From: Octopus bimaculoides
Lineage: Eukaryota
NCBI RefSeq assembly: GCF_001194135.2
Contig: NC_068995.1
Coordinates: 46,452,642-46,485,708 of the forward strand
Reading direction: 5' to 3'
Length of the DNA: 33,067 nt
Positions within the stretch are counted from its first letter, which is position 1; the number at the start of each line of letters is the position of its first letter. Made by a program: the position numbers and the translations under genes. Under the pieces are notes generated by a model. The model had not been told where the DNA came from, did no database searches, and saw only the letters and a list, made by a program, of their open reading frames with translations. Of the stretch, positions 23,069-32,814 are shown piece by piece.

Positions 23069-23112
23069 CGGGTTACTAACCCCAAGATTCCGAGTTCGAC
23101 TCCAGGCAGCGA

Positions 23113-23187
<75 letters not shown>

Positions 23188-23253
23188 CATCGAAAAATAC
23201 CTTAGGAATGAGAACCCAGGTTCGAAATTTCCTCAAGACACCTTATGAAGCCT
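23069..23253 (+). mobile_element. SINE-D second copy, truncated at both ends, inverted relative to the first
   Basis: TACTAACCCCAAGATTCCGAGTTCGACTCC (28/30 identical to the reverse complement of 23006-23035), (AAT)n, then 68 nt that are 65/68 identical to the reverse complement of 22899-22966. Confidence 0.8.
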
Positions 23254-23357
23254 ACATACATAAAGAATGGTTGATGTTACCCAGTGATATTCCCCTGCGA
23301 GTGACTGCGATGAACCTTTTTTTTATTCTTCTTCTTTTCCTTGCACCAAATTCCCCA

Positions 23358-23499
23358 CATGCTCAACTGGTACTTTATCGACCCTAATACGATGAAGGAC
23401 AAAGTCGACCTCGGCGGAATAAGGACTCAGAACGTAAAGATGGACGAAACGCCGCTCTGCAGTTTGCCCGGTGGACTAAACAGTCTGCCAGGTCATCGC
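23358..23499 (-). mobile_element. Diverged SINE-A copy lacking tail
   Basis: Plus strand GCTCAACTGGTACTTTATCGACCC...AAAGTCGACCTCGGCGGAAT...CTCAGAACGTAAAGA...TCTGCCAG matches the reverse complement of the SINE-A head and body. Confidence 0.75.
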
Positions 23500-23514
23500 T
23501 TTGGTTAAATATAG

Positions 23515-23812
23515 TAATACTAACTTAACTATTATGTATTTGTCTGTCTGTCTGGCCTTCCCATCCTTTAATTATTTGCAATTACTTTTCCAGTGGCCCA
23601 AACGTTAAACATATTAATACTAACTTTAACTATTAATATTTGTCTGTCTGTCTGTCACATTACATAATTAATTCTAGTTAATTTCCATTGCTCATAGTAG
23701 TATATTATTTCAAACTACGTCGTTAGTCATCTGGCCGTCCCATCGTGTTCCACAATTATTTCTAATTAACTTCTCAATACTCCAATCATTAAATATATTA
23801 ATATTAACTTAA

Positions 23813-23825
<13 letters not shown>
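23515..23825. repeat. Degenerate ~100-bp tandem repeat (about 3 units)
   Basis: TAATACTAACT(T)TAACTATTA..TATTTGTCTGTCTGTCTG at 23515 and 23615 (period 100) and TAATATTAACTTAACTATTA at 23799; CTGGCC.TCCCATC occurs twice. Confidence 0.65.

Positions 23826-23885
<60 letters not shown>
23815..23885. repeat. (TATC)n microsatellite
   Basis: Directly visible. Confidence 0.95.
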
Positions 23886-24400
23886 GTTTGTTTCTCTGTC
23901 TGTCAGTTCCTTTGCTCTATGCAATAAATATATTAACAAGTTACCTATTAACAACTTACCTATGGATATATAAATAGTTCATCCTTCAGAGTTTTTAAGG
24001 ACCATTTATAAGTTTGACCATCTTGTTTTGTCTGTAAGACTAAACGAGAATCGATAAATGAGTCAATGAATGCCAAACCAAAATCAAATAATTTGAAGAT
24101 GATGATTTGAATATTTATCCTATTTAATACTATACAAAGAAATACAGGAGGATTAACAGATTTAGTAAAACCCACGGACAAAATGCTTTGTACTATATTA
24201 TTTTTTGTTTAAAAATTTTGCTCGAATAATTGTAAATTTTCTTCAAAATATAACCGAAGAAAATCATTTTCCTTTTAGATAGTTCTTGAAACAACGATGG
24301 TTCTTGAACATTTTTGGAAATGGTTAAGTGATTTAAATACTACTGATAAGAACTCAATAACTTTCGAAATAAATCGATTAAGGTTGTTCATCATTTTTAT

Positions 24401-24503
24401 GCTGCCGGGATTGATTTTGCCTTTCTTCCGTGCGGTGTCGTTGAAATAAGCACTAGATGAGCACTCGGTTGATAATGTCACCTCCCTCCAAAATTTCGGT
24501 CTT
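24401..24503 (+). mobile_element. Old degenerate SINE-A 3' half
   Basis: TTGATTTTGCCTTTCTTCC...GAAATAAGCACTAGATGAGCACT...CCTCCCTCCAAAATTTCGG resembles the SINE-A body and tail alpha. Confidence 0.5.
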
Positions 24504-25076
24504 TTTTTTTTTTGTCTATTCGGTGTTTTTGCCTATTTGTGCCTAAGGATAATTATTCAACATTTGGAACAGGTATGGGAAACCATTTTTAAGGAGCAGG
24601 CCGTATGGAAAATGGCTCATCACCAGAGGGACCACAGTACTAACAGAAACTCAAAATAAATTTTCATTGGGGATGCTATTCTGAAAGTTTCGCGGGTCGT
24701 AATTTGTCAATAGCAGATTTGGAAGATGAAAATTTTACCGAGGTTTCACAACACGATTGACTTTTTACAAATGATTCCATTTTGTTTTACTGCTGAACAA
24801 ACTTTAAGTCAAATATAGATTCATGGTTATGGAGGATTCATCCGTAATTGGAACTGATTTGAAAGAAGCCAAAACAGTACCCGAACAAAAGGTGTTAAAA
24901 ACATATAAATAAAGACACAAACAAATAACAGAAAATTATGGTGTTTCCACAAAACCTCATGCCATAACAGATAACAGTTTTAACAACAACTGGAATAACA
25001 ATAACAATAAAAATAACAAACATGAATATACTTCATTTGTTGCAAATATAAATACAATAATTCGCAAAGCTTCTTT

Positions 25077-25140
25077 TGCGTAAACGCACCGACATCGGTT
25101 GTCAAGCGATGATGGAGGGGGGACAAACACAGACATACGA

Positions 25141-25171
<31 letters not shown>

Positions 25172-25295
25172 CAGCAGGCTTCTTCCAGTTTCCGTCTACT
25201 AAATCCAGTCACAAGCTCTTCCCGAGGCTACAATAGAGAGCACTTGCCCAAGGTGCTACGTAGTTGGACCAAACCTAGAACCGTATGGTTGGGAA
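25077..25295 (-). mobile_element. SINE-E partial copy with internal (TA)n
   Basis: ACCGACATCGGTTGTCAAGCGATG...GGGGGACAAACACAGA (TA)n CAGTTTCCGTCTAC...CACTTGCCCAAGGTGC...GAACCGTATGGTTGG parallels 28857-29306. Confidence 0.75.
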
Positions 25296-25469
25296 ACATA
25301 ACATCATCCATTAAGGGACATGCTCAACTGGTTAAGGTCAAGCAACGGACAAGGAAATCTGCGGTATTGAGCAGAATATTTGCTGTAGCCCATCTTTTTA
25401 TACCAAGACAAAACAACGTACATGATAACACTTCCACTCAATTAAGATCAGAAGCCACTAGCGCCACTG

Positions 25470-25489
25470 CCTTTATTTATTTATTTATT

Positions 25490-25564
<75 letters not shown>

Positions 25565-25565
25565 G
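25470..25565. repeat. (TTTA)n/(ATT)n microsatellite
   Basis: Directly visible. Confidence 0.95.
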
Positions 25566-25570
25566 TTAAT

Positions 25571-25755
25571 AAGGCCGCGTGCTGGCAGATTCCTCTGCCG
25601 CTACATTCTGAGTTCAAATATCACCGAGATGGACGTTGTCTTTCATCCTGTCGGAGTCGATGAAATAAGTACTATTCGAACACTGGGGTCGATGTAATCG
25701 ACTTTTCCTCTCCCCCAAAATTGCTGTCCCCCAGACAAAATTTGTAACGATTATT
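25571..25755 (+). mobile_element. SINE-A copy with internal deletion, tail gamma
   Basis: AAGGCCGCGTGCTGGCAGA / TCTGCCGCTACATTCTGAGTTCAAAT...CACTGGGGTCGATGTAATCGACTT...CCCCCAAAATTGCTG...AAAATTTGTAAC. Confidence 0.78.
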
Positions 25756-25784
25756 ATAACTACTAATTTTTTAAAGAAGATGAT

Positions 25785-25950
25785 CTTGTAAAATTGGTTG
25801 AGTGCCGGTCAAAATACCTTGTACTGTTACGTTAAATTGCCTTTCAAAATATAACTGTCTTTCCTCTTTGGAGACGATAAAACCGAACGTAATTCGGTAT
25901 ATGATCGACTGCGTCTCTTCTCTCTAAAGTTTTGAAGTTTTGTTTCTCTG
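25785..25950 (+). mobile_element. Very degenerate SINE-A-like copy
   Basis: Scattered matches only (GTGCCGGTCAAAATACCTT, TTACGTT, TTTCCTCTTTGGAGACGATAAAA, ATGATCGACT). Confidence 0.3.
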
Positions 25951-26199
25951 TTAAACACGATTATTATTATTTGGCATAATATTCCAAATATTCAAGAATC
26001 TTTGGTTTGGAACCGCACCCTCAGAAATTGTGACTTCTGCTAAATCAATCATCAATTAAGATTCAGGAAGTTGACAAGAATTTCGTCTTGGGACGCTTCT
26101 TAATTGCATTAAACTAAATTTCGATAGAAAAGACTATTTCTCAGTGGGAAACCGTCTCCTTATATATTAGGAATAAATGAAAAATTCTAAAGATCTCAT

Positions 26200-26215
26200 A
26201 AAGTGTGTGTGTGTG

Positions 26216-26275
<60 letters not shown>

Positions 26276-26712
26276 GACAGACATAGATTTATATACATTT
26301 ACAGATGTGTGTATGAGCGTACGTGTATGTGGGTGAGTGGGGTGTGTATGTGTGTATGTATGGTATGTATGTGTGTGTGTATGTATGTTTGTGTGTGTGT
26401 GTATGTATGTACACATATCTCAGAGGGAAAACCATCAGAATCAAGCCTGAATTAACCATTCCGTCCTCGACATACAAACGCATTTCCGTGTGAGGTTTTG
26501 CAAATGATAAATGTAAATACATATTGTTACTAGCACTTTTACTTCTAGACTCTCTCAGCTGATTATACATAGCAACAGAATCACACGTACACTTACACAT
26601 ATACACGCACTCACAAAAACACGTACCCAAACACACACTCGGGGATATATAATGCGTGTGAGCGAGCTTGTGTACATGTGATTGTGTGACATGTCACAAT
26701 GTAAAAATATGC

Positions 26713-26759
<47 letters not shown>

Positions 26760-27057
26760 CCCCCCTCTCTCTCTTCCCCCCTCTCTCTCTCTCTGTATAT
26801 ATATATNNNNNNNNNNNNNNNNNNNNNNNNNNNNNNNNNNNNNNNNNNNNNNNNNNNNNNNNNNNNNNNNNNNNNNNNNNNNNNNNNNNNNNNNNNNNNN
26901 NNNNNNNNNNNNNNNNNNNNNNNNNNNNNNNNNNNNNNNNNNNNNNNNNNNNNNNNNNNNNNNNNNNNNNNNNNNNNNNNNNNNNNNNNNNNNNNNNNNN
27001 NNNNNNNNNNNNNNNNNNNNNNNNNNNNNNNNNNNNNNNNNNNNNNNNNNNNNNNNN
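26200..27057. repeat. (GT)n/(TA)n/(CT)n tracts with gap 26807-27057
   Basis: Directly visible. Confidence 0.85.
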
Positions 27058-27654
27058 TTCAACAGAACGAATACGGAGACAAGGAGAAAAACACGGAGAA
27101 AAAAAATTGAATAGTGTTCAGTCAACGGTCAAACATAATAATGGCCGATCATAACAATGGCTGACCGGAAGTTAGAAATTCTTATTTCAGGAGAGCTAAG
27201 AAAGGGGGAGATAACAAACGGTGATCGGGAACGAGGGGCTGTGTGTGGGAGGTAGAATGCTGGTGATCTTGACGTATGTAGTGTGAAAATGGGGGAAGGG
27301 AGAAAGGGAGAAAGTAGTTGGTCAGTTGTAGTGTGTGCGTGGTGTGATGCGAGGGTATTGGTAGGCGCACACAGAGACACTAACTCACGCACTCACAACT
27401 CACACACGAACGGTGGCCAGCATGCACACACATGTACACACACACACTTGTCTATTTTGTGTGCGTGTGTGCGTGTGTGTGTGTGTATGGCGTAATGAAT
27501 TAATGGCCCAAATATGGGTTTACGATAATAATTTTGATTGATCCCCAACTGTTATAATTGATGTAACTTTTACTTTTGACGATGCAGCAACCACCCAAGC
27601 GAACAGCAAAACAACTGTATCCATTTCAACGCTAGGGAAGTTTCGCGCCATTAC

Positions 27655-28260
27655 GACCGCCGCCGCTGCCGCCGCCGAAATACACCACCACCACCACCAC
27701 CACCACCACCTTTCTTTACCATGATCAGCAGCAGCACAGACGACGACCACCAGCACCACTACCACCTCACTTTNNNNNNNNNNNNNNNNNNNNNNNNNNN
27801 NNNNNNNNNNNNNNNNNNNNNNNNNNNNNNNNNNNNNNNNNNNNNNNNNNNNNNNNNNNNNNNNNNNNNNNNNNNNNNNNNNNNNNNNNNNNNNNNNNNN
27901 NNNNNNNNNNNNNNNNNNNNNNNNNNNNNNNNNNNNNNNNNNNNNNNNNNNNNNNNNNNNNNNNNNNNNNNNNNNNNNNNNNNNNNNNNNNNNNNNNNNN
28001 NNNNNNNNNNNNNNNNNNNNNNNNNNNNNNNNNNNNNNNNNNNNNNNNNNNNNNNNNNNNNNNNNNNNNNNNNNNNNNNNNNNNNNNNNNNNNNNNNNNN
28101 NNNNNNNNNNNNNNNNNNNNNNNNNNNNNNNNNNNNNNNNNNNNNNNNNNNNNNNNNNNNNNNNNNNNNNNNNNNNNNNNNCAGCAGCAGCACCACCACC
28201 ACCACCACCATCACCACCACTACCACCGCCACCACCACTACCATCACTTGCGCCTACAAC
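27655..28260. repeat. (CCG)/(CAC)/(CAG) tracts with gap 27774-28181
   Basis: Directly visible. Confidence 0.85.
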
Positions 28261-28708
28261 CATTACCATCATTACCACTGGCATCAAGTCCATCAAATTT
28301 TGCCACCATCCATCTCATTTTCCTTCCATCCATCCACACCTATAACCATCCATCTTTCCAACCGTCTATCCAAACCCCGCCTATCTATTTCTACCATACC
28401 ACACACTCTAAACCATTTCAGATGTTTAAACCATTAAAGTTTCTTACTCAAGATATCAGTATCTGTTTGTAATAACCGTCGCTAAGGACCATTTTTCCTT
28501 TCCCTTTTGACAACCATGTTAATCGGTAAAAGTGCTATTTTTATGGCCGTTATACTTTATTACTTGGGCGGTGGTTTGGCAAATGCGTTCGGGTGTAGGC
28601 AGAAAAACAACTATTATCGTACATTAATAAGTATACAATCTTCTTCATTTACTTTGTAATGCGCTCGCTTATGACTACGTCAGCATGTATGATGAAGATT
28701 ACGATTTG

Positions 28709-28740
28709 CTGATGAGGTCAGAATAATGCCGAAACGCGCG
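28709..28740 (+). ncRNA. Degenerate hammerhead-like motif
   Basis: CTGATGA-GGTCAGAATAATGCC-GAAACGCGCG; core halves present, stem II only 3 bp, ACGCG(C) is a broken ACGCGT palindrome, no stem I. Confidence 0.3.
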
Positions 28741-28856
28741 AACGCATACGTATATTATAAGTATTTGCATATAGTCATTTTCGCTGCAGTATGGAGGGTA
28801 ATGGTAGGAGAAGATTATAATAGCACGAGACTTTGATTAATATGGTTTACATGCAC

Positions 28857-29306
28857 TTTACTCTTTTACTCTTTTACGTGTTTCAGTCATTTGACTGCGG
28901 CCAAGCTGGTGCACCGCCTTTAGTCGAGAAAATCGATCCCAGGGCTTATTCTTTGTAAGCCTAGTACTTATTCTATCGGTCTCTTTTTGTCGAACCGGGC
29001 ACGTAAACACACCAGCATCAGTTGTCAAACGATAGTGGGGGGACAAACACAGAAACACANNNNNNNNNNNNNNNNNNNNNNNNNNNNNNNNNNNNNNNNN
29101 NNNNNNNNNNNNNNNNNNNNNNNNTATATACATACATATATACGACGGGCTTCTTTCAGTTTCCGTCTACCAAATCCTCTCACAAGGCTTTGGTCGGCCC
29201 GAGGCTATAGCAGGAGACACTTGCCCAAGGTGCCACAGAGTGGGTCTGAACCCGGAACCATGTGGTTGGTAAGCAAGCTACTAACCACACAGCCACTCCT
29301 ATGCCT
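28857..29306 (-). mobile_element. SINE-E: tRNA head + CORE-like segment + internal microsatellite (partly in gap)
   Basis: Reverse complement head AGGCATAGGAGTGGCTGTGTGGTTAG...CCGGGTTCAGACCC, then CCTTGGGCAAGTGTC (resembles the CORE consensus of MIR-type SINEs); short tandem tail (AGTAAAAG)2 at the 3' end; matches 25077-25295 and 18181-18323. Confidence 0.8.
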
Positions 29307-29329
29307 TTGTTAAATATTTATATCTAAAA

Positions 29330-29727
29330 GAAGAATAAGATGAAATAGAAGGTGGGGGGAGAAGAGGATGATGAAGAAGAGGAAGAAAGAGAATAAGAAA
29401 AATTGGAGGATGAGAAGTATGAGACGGAGAAGAAGAAAAGTAGAAGGAAATCTAGCTGAAGAAGTCCATAAAGAAGATGAAGGTAAAGAAGTGCAAAGAA
29501 TACAAGAAGAAGATGAGAGGAAAGAACTAGAAAAAGGTAGGACGACGAAGAAGACGAGAAGGAAGAGAAAAAAAGAGAAGAGGAAGAACATGAAGAAACA
29601 TGACGAGGCTGAAGAGGAGAATAAAAGAAGAAAATGGGCTGGGGTGAGGAAACGAAGAAGGGTGAGTAGCAGCGGCAGCAGCAGTAGCAGCAGCAGTTGC
29701 CGTAGCAGCAGCAGTTGCCGTAGCGGC

Positions 29728-29758
<31 letters not shown>

Positions 29759-29760
29759 AT
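29330..29760. repeat. Purine-rich degenerate (GAA/GAG)n tract followed by (GCA)/(GTA)n
   Basis: Directly visible; produces K/E/R-rich and F/L/S-rich ORF artefacts. Confidence 0.85.
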
Positions 29761-30109
29761 GCTTACAGATTATTCACACGGTCACAGTGACTCATCGTTA
29801 GATCTCACACACGGGAAAAACATAACTTTACCTTTAAACACTTTTTTTGTTTTGTTGGTGTTTTCTACGTTTCTATTACCTTAGAGTAATTCCTATTTGA
29901 AACTTCACGATTTAGACATCGTTATTAAAATGTCTTCCTTCGGGCGAGATTTGCTCTGACGTATTGTCAATTCAATAGACTGCTACTAAATTTAGTCATA
30001 CAGACGTATTTCTCGTAAATCCTCAGATAAAACGAAGAGAATCCGTCTTTTATTTTAAAAATAAACTCATTTACAATGTTTTATAGTTTTCTCAGAGTCG
30101 AGTGCGCGC

Positions 30110-30489
30110 TCGCGAGTACGCACACACGCACGCACGCATCCATACACACTCGCACACACACACAACACATTTATATACTTACACACACATGCATACATGC
30201 ACACATTTTTGTATAACGCATAATGTATATTTATATGCATGTGTGTGCGTGAGCGTGTATATGTATGTGTGTTTGCGTGTGTATGTATACGCAAACACTC
30301 ATTCACACACAGACACCTACACACACACAGGCACACACACAGGCACACACATACACACACACACATACACACGAACACTGTCTATTTGCGTGCAAGTACG
30401 TGGCCGTATCTGCGTGATAGTGTGAATATGTCTGCGTATGCGTGCCTGTGTGTATAAGCGTGTGCATGTGTGTGCGTGTGCCTGTGTGC

Positions 30490-30548
<59 letters not shown>

Positions 30549-30800
30549 CTTCTTTAAAATACCATATCTTCCGGACGAACATCAGTGCGAGAAATTGTAA
30601 ATACATGTAAATTAAAAAAAGAAAAAAATTATAAAGAGAAATAAATTTAAACAGCTAAGCGATTATAAACTTGAAGACACTTTAATGAATGGACATTTTA
30701 CACACATACACAAACATACATACGAATATATGCGCGCACACACACACGCATACATACAGAGAGAACCAGATACATACTGATACACATACACACACAGATT
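30110..30800. repeat. (CA)n/(GT)n degenerate dinucleotide field
   Basis: Directly visible. Confidence 0.9.
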
Positions 30801-30900
30801 TATATCAACGTGGAATTTGAAATAAGGTCATTATCTTCGCCTCAATGTCTACCAAAATTTCCTTGATAAAATTAGATGTTATACTTAGAGCTAGAAATAT

Positions 30901-31075
30901 TACGGCCAGCTGCATGAATCGTTCGCACACCGGACAAAATTCTTAACCGTATCACTTCCGGCTTTTTGTCTTCACAGTTCAAGTTCTGAGATCGAGTTTG
31001 TCATTCCTCTTTTCAGGATCGGTTAAGTAAATAGCGATGGGTCGCTGGCGATGATGTAATCAATTATCCCTTTCT
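30901..31075 (+). mobile_element. Very degenerate SINE-A-like copy
   Basis: GGCCAGCTGCATGAATCGTTCGCACACCGGACAAAATTCTTAACCGTAT...AGTTCAAGTTCTG...GATGTAATCAATTATCCC follows the SINE-A module order. Confidence 0.45.
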
Positions 31076-31945
31076 TGATATCGACTTATTCCATCCTTGT
31101 GCCAGATTATGAAGCCATACCTACAAATAGAAATACTAGTATCCTTTTCAAGGGTTACATTTGGGCAAGAAAATCTCGCATCGAAAACTGTAATATTGCA
31201 ACGGGCTCCTCTCCCTCATCCCGGGTAACGTATCTGACAGATTCATACCTCTCGTATAAATTAGCAACAGATTCCCCTGACTTAAGCGGTGCTATGTATA
31301 GGGAAACTCATACTTTGGTATGTTACGCCACTGCAGCCAAGGAGAAAGCTTGAATGATTATCCATAAATTCTTTAAAAACTATGGCTTGACTCTTTCCCT
31401 CGCTATCACAGATTAAAAGTGGTTAACTTCCCATATCTTACACTCGGTTACCGGATAGGATTATATAAGCGTAATATGTTGCTATATGACATCAATAAAT
31501 CCTCTTGTCATCCTGACCCATAATTAGAGGTTTGTAAAATATTTATCCATACGACTATCCAATCATTCGGCCAACAAGAAAATTTTAAGTAATAATGCAC
31601 TATAATAAGATGGGGTCTTAGCTAGGAGCGGTTTCAGCTTCAATATTGAATTATATGCAAATACCTCCTTGAAACATTCTTTCAAAGCAATTTCCCAACT
31701 CTAACACACCCAACCCAACACGCTGGGATTATGAGCTCCATCCAGTTCCGCGAGAAAATAAACATTCCAACATTGATAGACACAAAGACAGCTCCGCTAC
31801 TCTGATGAGTAATACGGTGAACAGTCCTCTTGAGACAAGAGATTAACGCATGGATATCTCTTTCATGGTTGGGCAGTACTAACAGTACAGAAATTAAAAC
31901 TGTAAATCATAGGGGCCGCCTTGATATAATATTACTCGTTGCTAT

Positions 31946-32162
31946 AAAGTGACGAGCTGGCAGAAGAGTTAGCACGCTAGGCAAACTATTTAGTGGCATT
32001 TCATCTGTCTTAACGTTCTGAATTCAAATTCCGCCAAGGTCTACTTAGCCTTTCATCCTTTAGGAATCGATAAAATGATAACCAATTGAACACTGAGGAC
32101 GATGTCATCAACTTACCGTCTCCAGGAACTTGCTGGCCTTGTGCAAAAGTTTGAAACTAATA
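31946..32162 (+). mobile_element. SINE-A full-length diverged copy, tail gamma
   Basis: AAAGTGACGAGCTGGCAGAAGAGTTAGCACGC...AATTCAAATTCCGCCAAGG...GCCTTTCATCCTTT...TTGCTGGCCTTGTGCAAAAGTTTGAAACTAAT. Confidence 0.82.
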
Positions 32163-32497
32163 TTAATAGTTGCTGTAGGGAAGAAGAGATTGAACGCGTT
32201 GGTCACCGTCGCATTAGACTTCGTTTTGACGACAGCAAGTATAACCAGATAACTGCTCCTCGAACGAACATTTCATAGGTTTGTTTTAAAAAGGTCGATT
32301 GATTATGTTTAGTTTCTATTTCAGTTCCGTCTGATGAAGCGTTTGTTGATAAATACGATGGAAGATAATTTATAAGCTGTAAATTATAAACTATAAATTA
32401 TATTTATTCCTTGATTTTGATTATGGATCGCTGAAACGATCGTAATAAATATGACATATGACATGTGACAAAGTCATGGGTGAGACTTCTTTTCAAT

Positions 32498-32550
32498 GTA
32501 CCTGAAGAAACCCAAACTGATGGGTCGAAACTTATGTTGTACCTAATAAA
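32498..32550 (+). ncRNA. Minimal type-I hammerhead-ribozyme-like motif followed by AATAAA
   Basis: GTAC-CTGAAGA-A-ACCCA-aactga-TGGGT-C-GAA-AC-ttat-GT-T-GTAC, then AATAAA at 32545-32550. Stem I is 4 bp, stem II is 5 bp with an A.C mismatch at 10.1/11.1, stem III is 2 bp. Confidence 0.55.
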
Positions 32551-32814
32551 AGTCTAATACGAAATCCATCTCCTACCATTAATTAATACTATATATATGT
32601 GTGTCAGGGGTGGGGGCAGTAGTATTGTGAGTGTAATGATGATGGATAATGATGGACAATGATGGACAATGAATCTCGAGACAAAGTAAACAGAAGCCAA
32701 ATTATAATGAGGAATAACAACGCAAAGTAGTACTTCTACTACTAGCAATGAATAAGTCCAAACTATTACACGTTCGTCACAATCTTCAACTTGTCTATCA
32801 TCATCGCCTTAGAC

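Noticed and set aside
24060-24190. NECQTK...QRNTGGLTDLVKPTDKML, reminiscent of the P-element/THAP9 C-terminal RGGL..PS motif
   Set aside because: Only a few residues match, across stops and frameshifts in AT-rich DNA; needs a profile search before any claim.
24663-24686. FIGDAILK resembling the RNase III signature (ERLEFLGDA)
   Set aside because: The ERLE part is absent, an in-frame stop lies just upstream, and the frame closes after a few codons.
25311-25470. Segment that looks like another dispersed repeat family
   Set aside because: Only one copy in this window and no diagnostic structure, so it cannot be supported from the sequence alone.
27135-27175. ATGGC (YY1-like) and CCGGAAGT (ETS-like) motifs suggesting a promoter
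   Set aside because: Short motifs expected by chance in 33 kb; no CpG-rich context or downstream gene evidence.
29368-29790. 140-aa K/R/E-rich ORF
   Set aside because: Arises from a degenerate (GAA) purine tract followed by (AGC/AGT)n; compositional artefact.
31802-31825. CTGATGAG...GTGAAC hammerhead-like half-site
   Set aside because: No GAAA, stem II only 2 bp, and no stem I or III.
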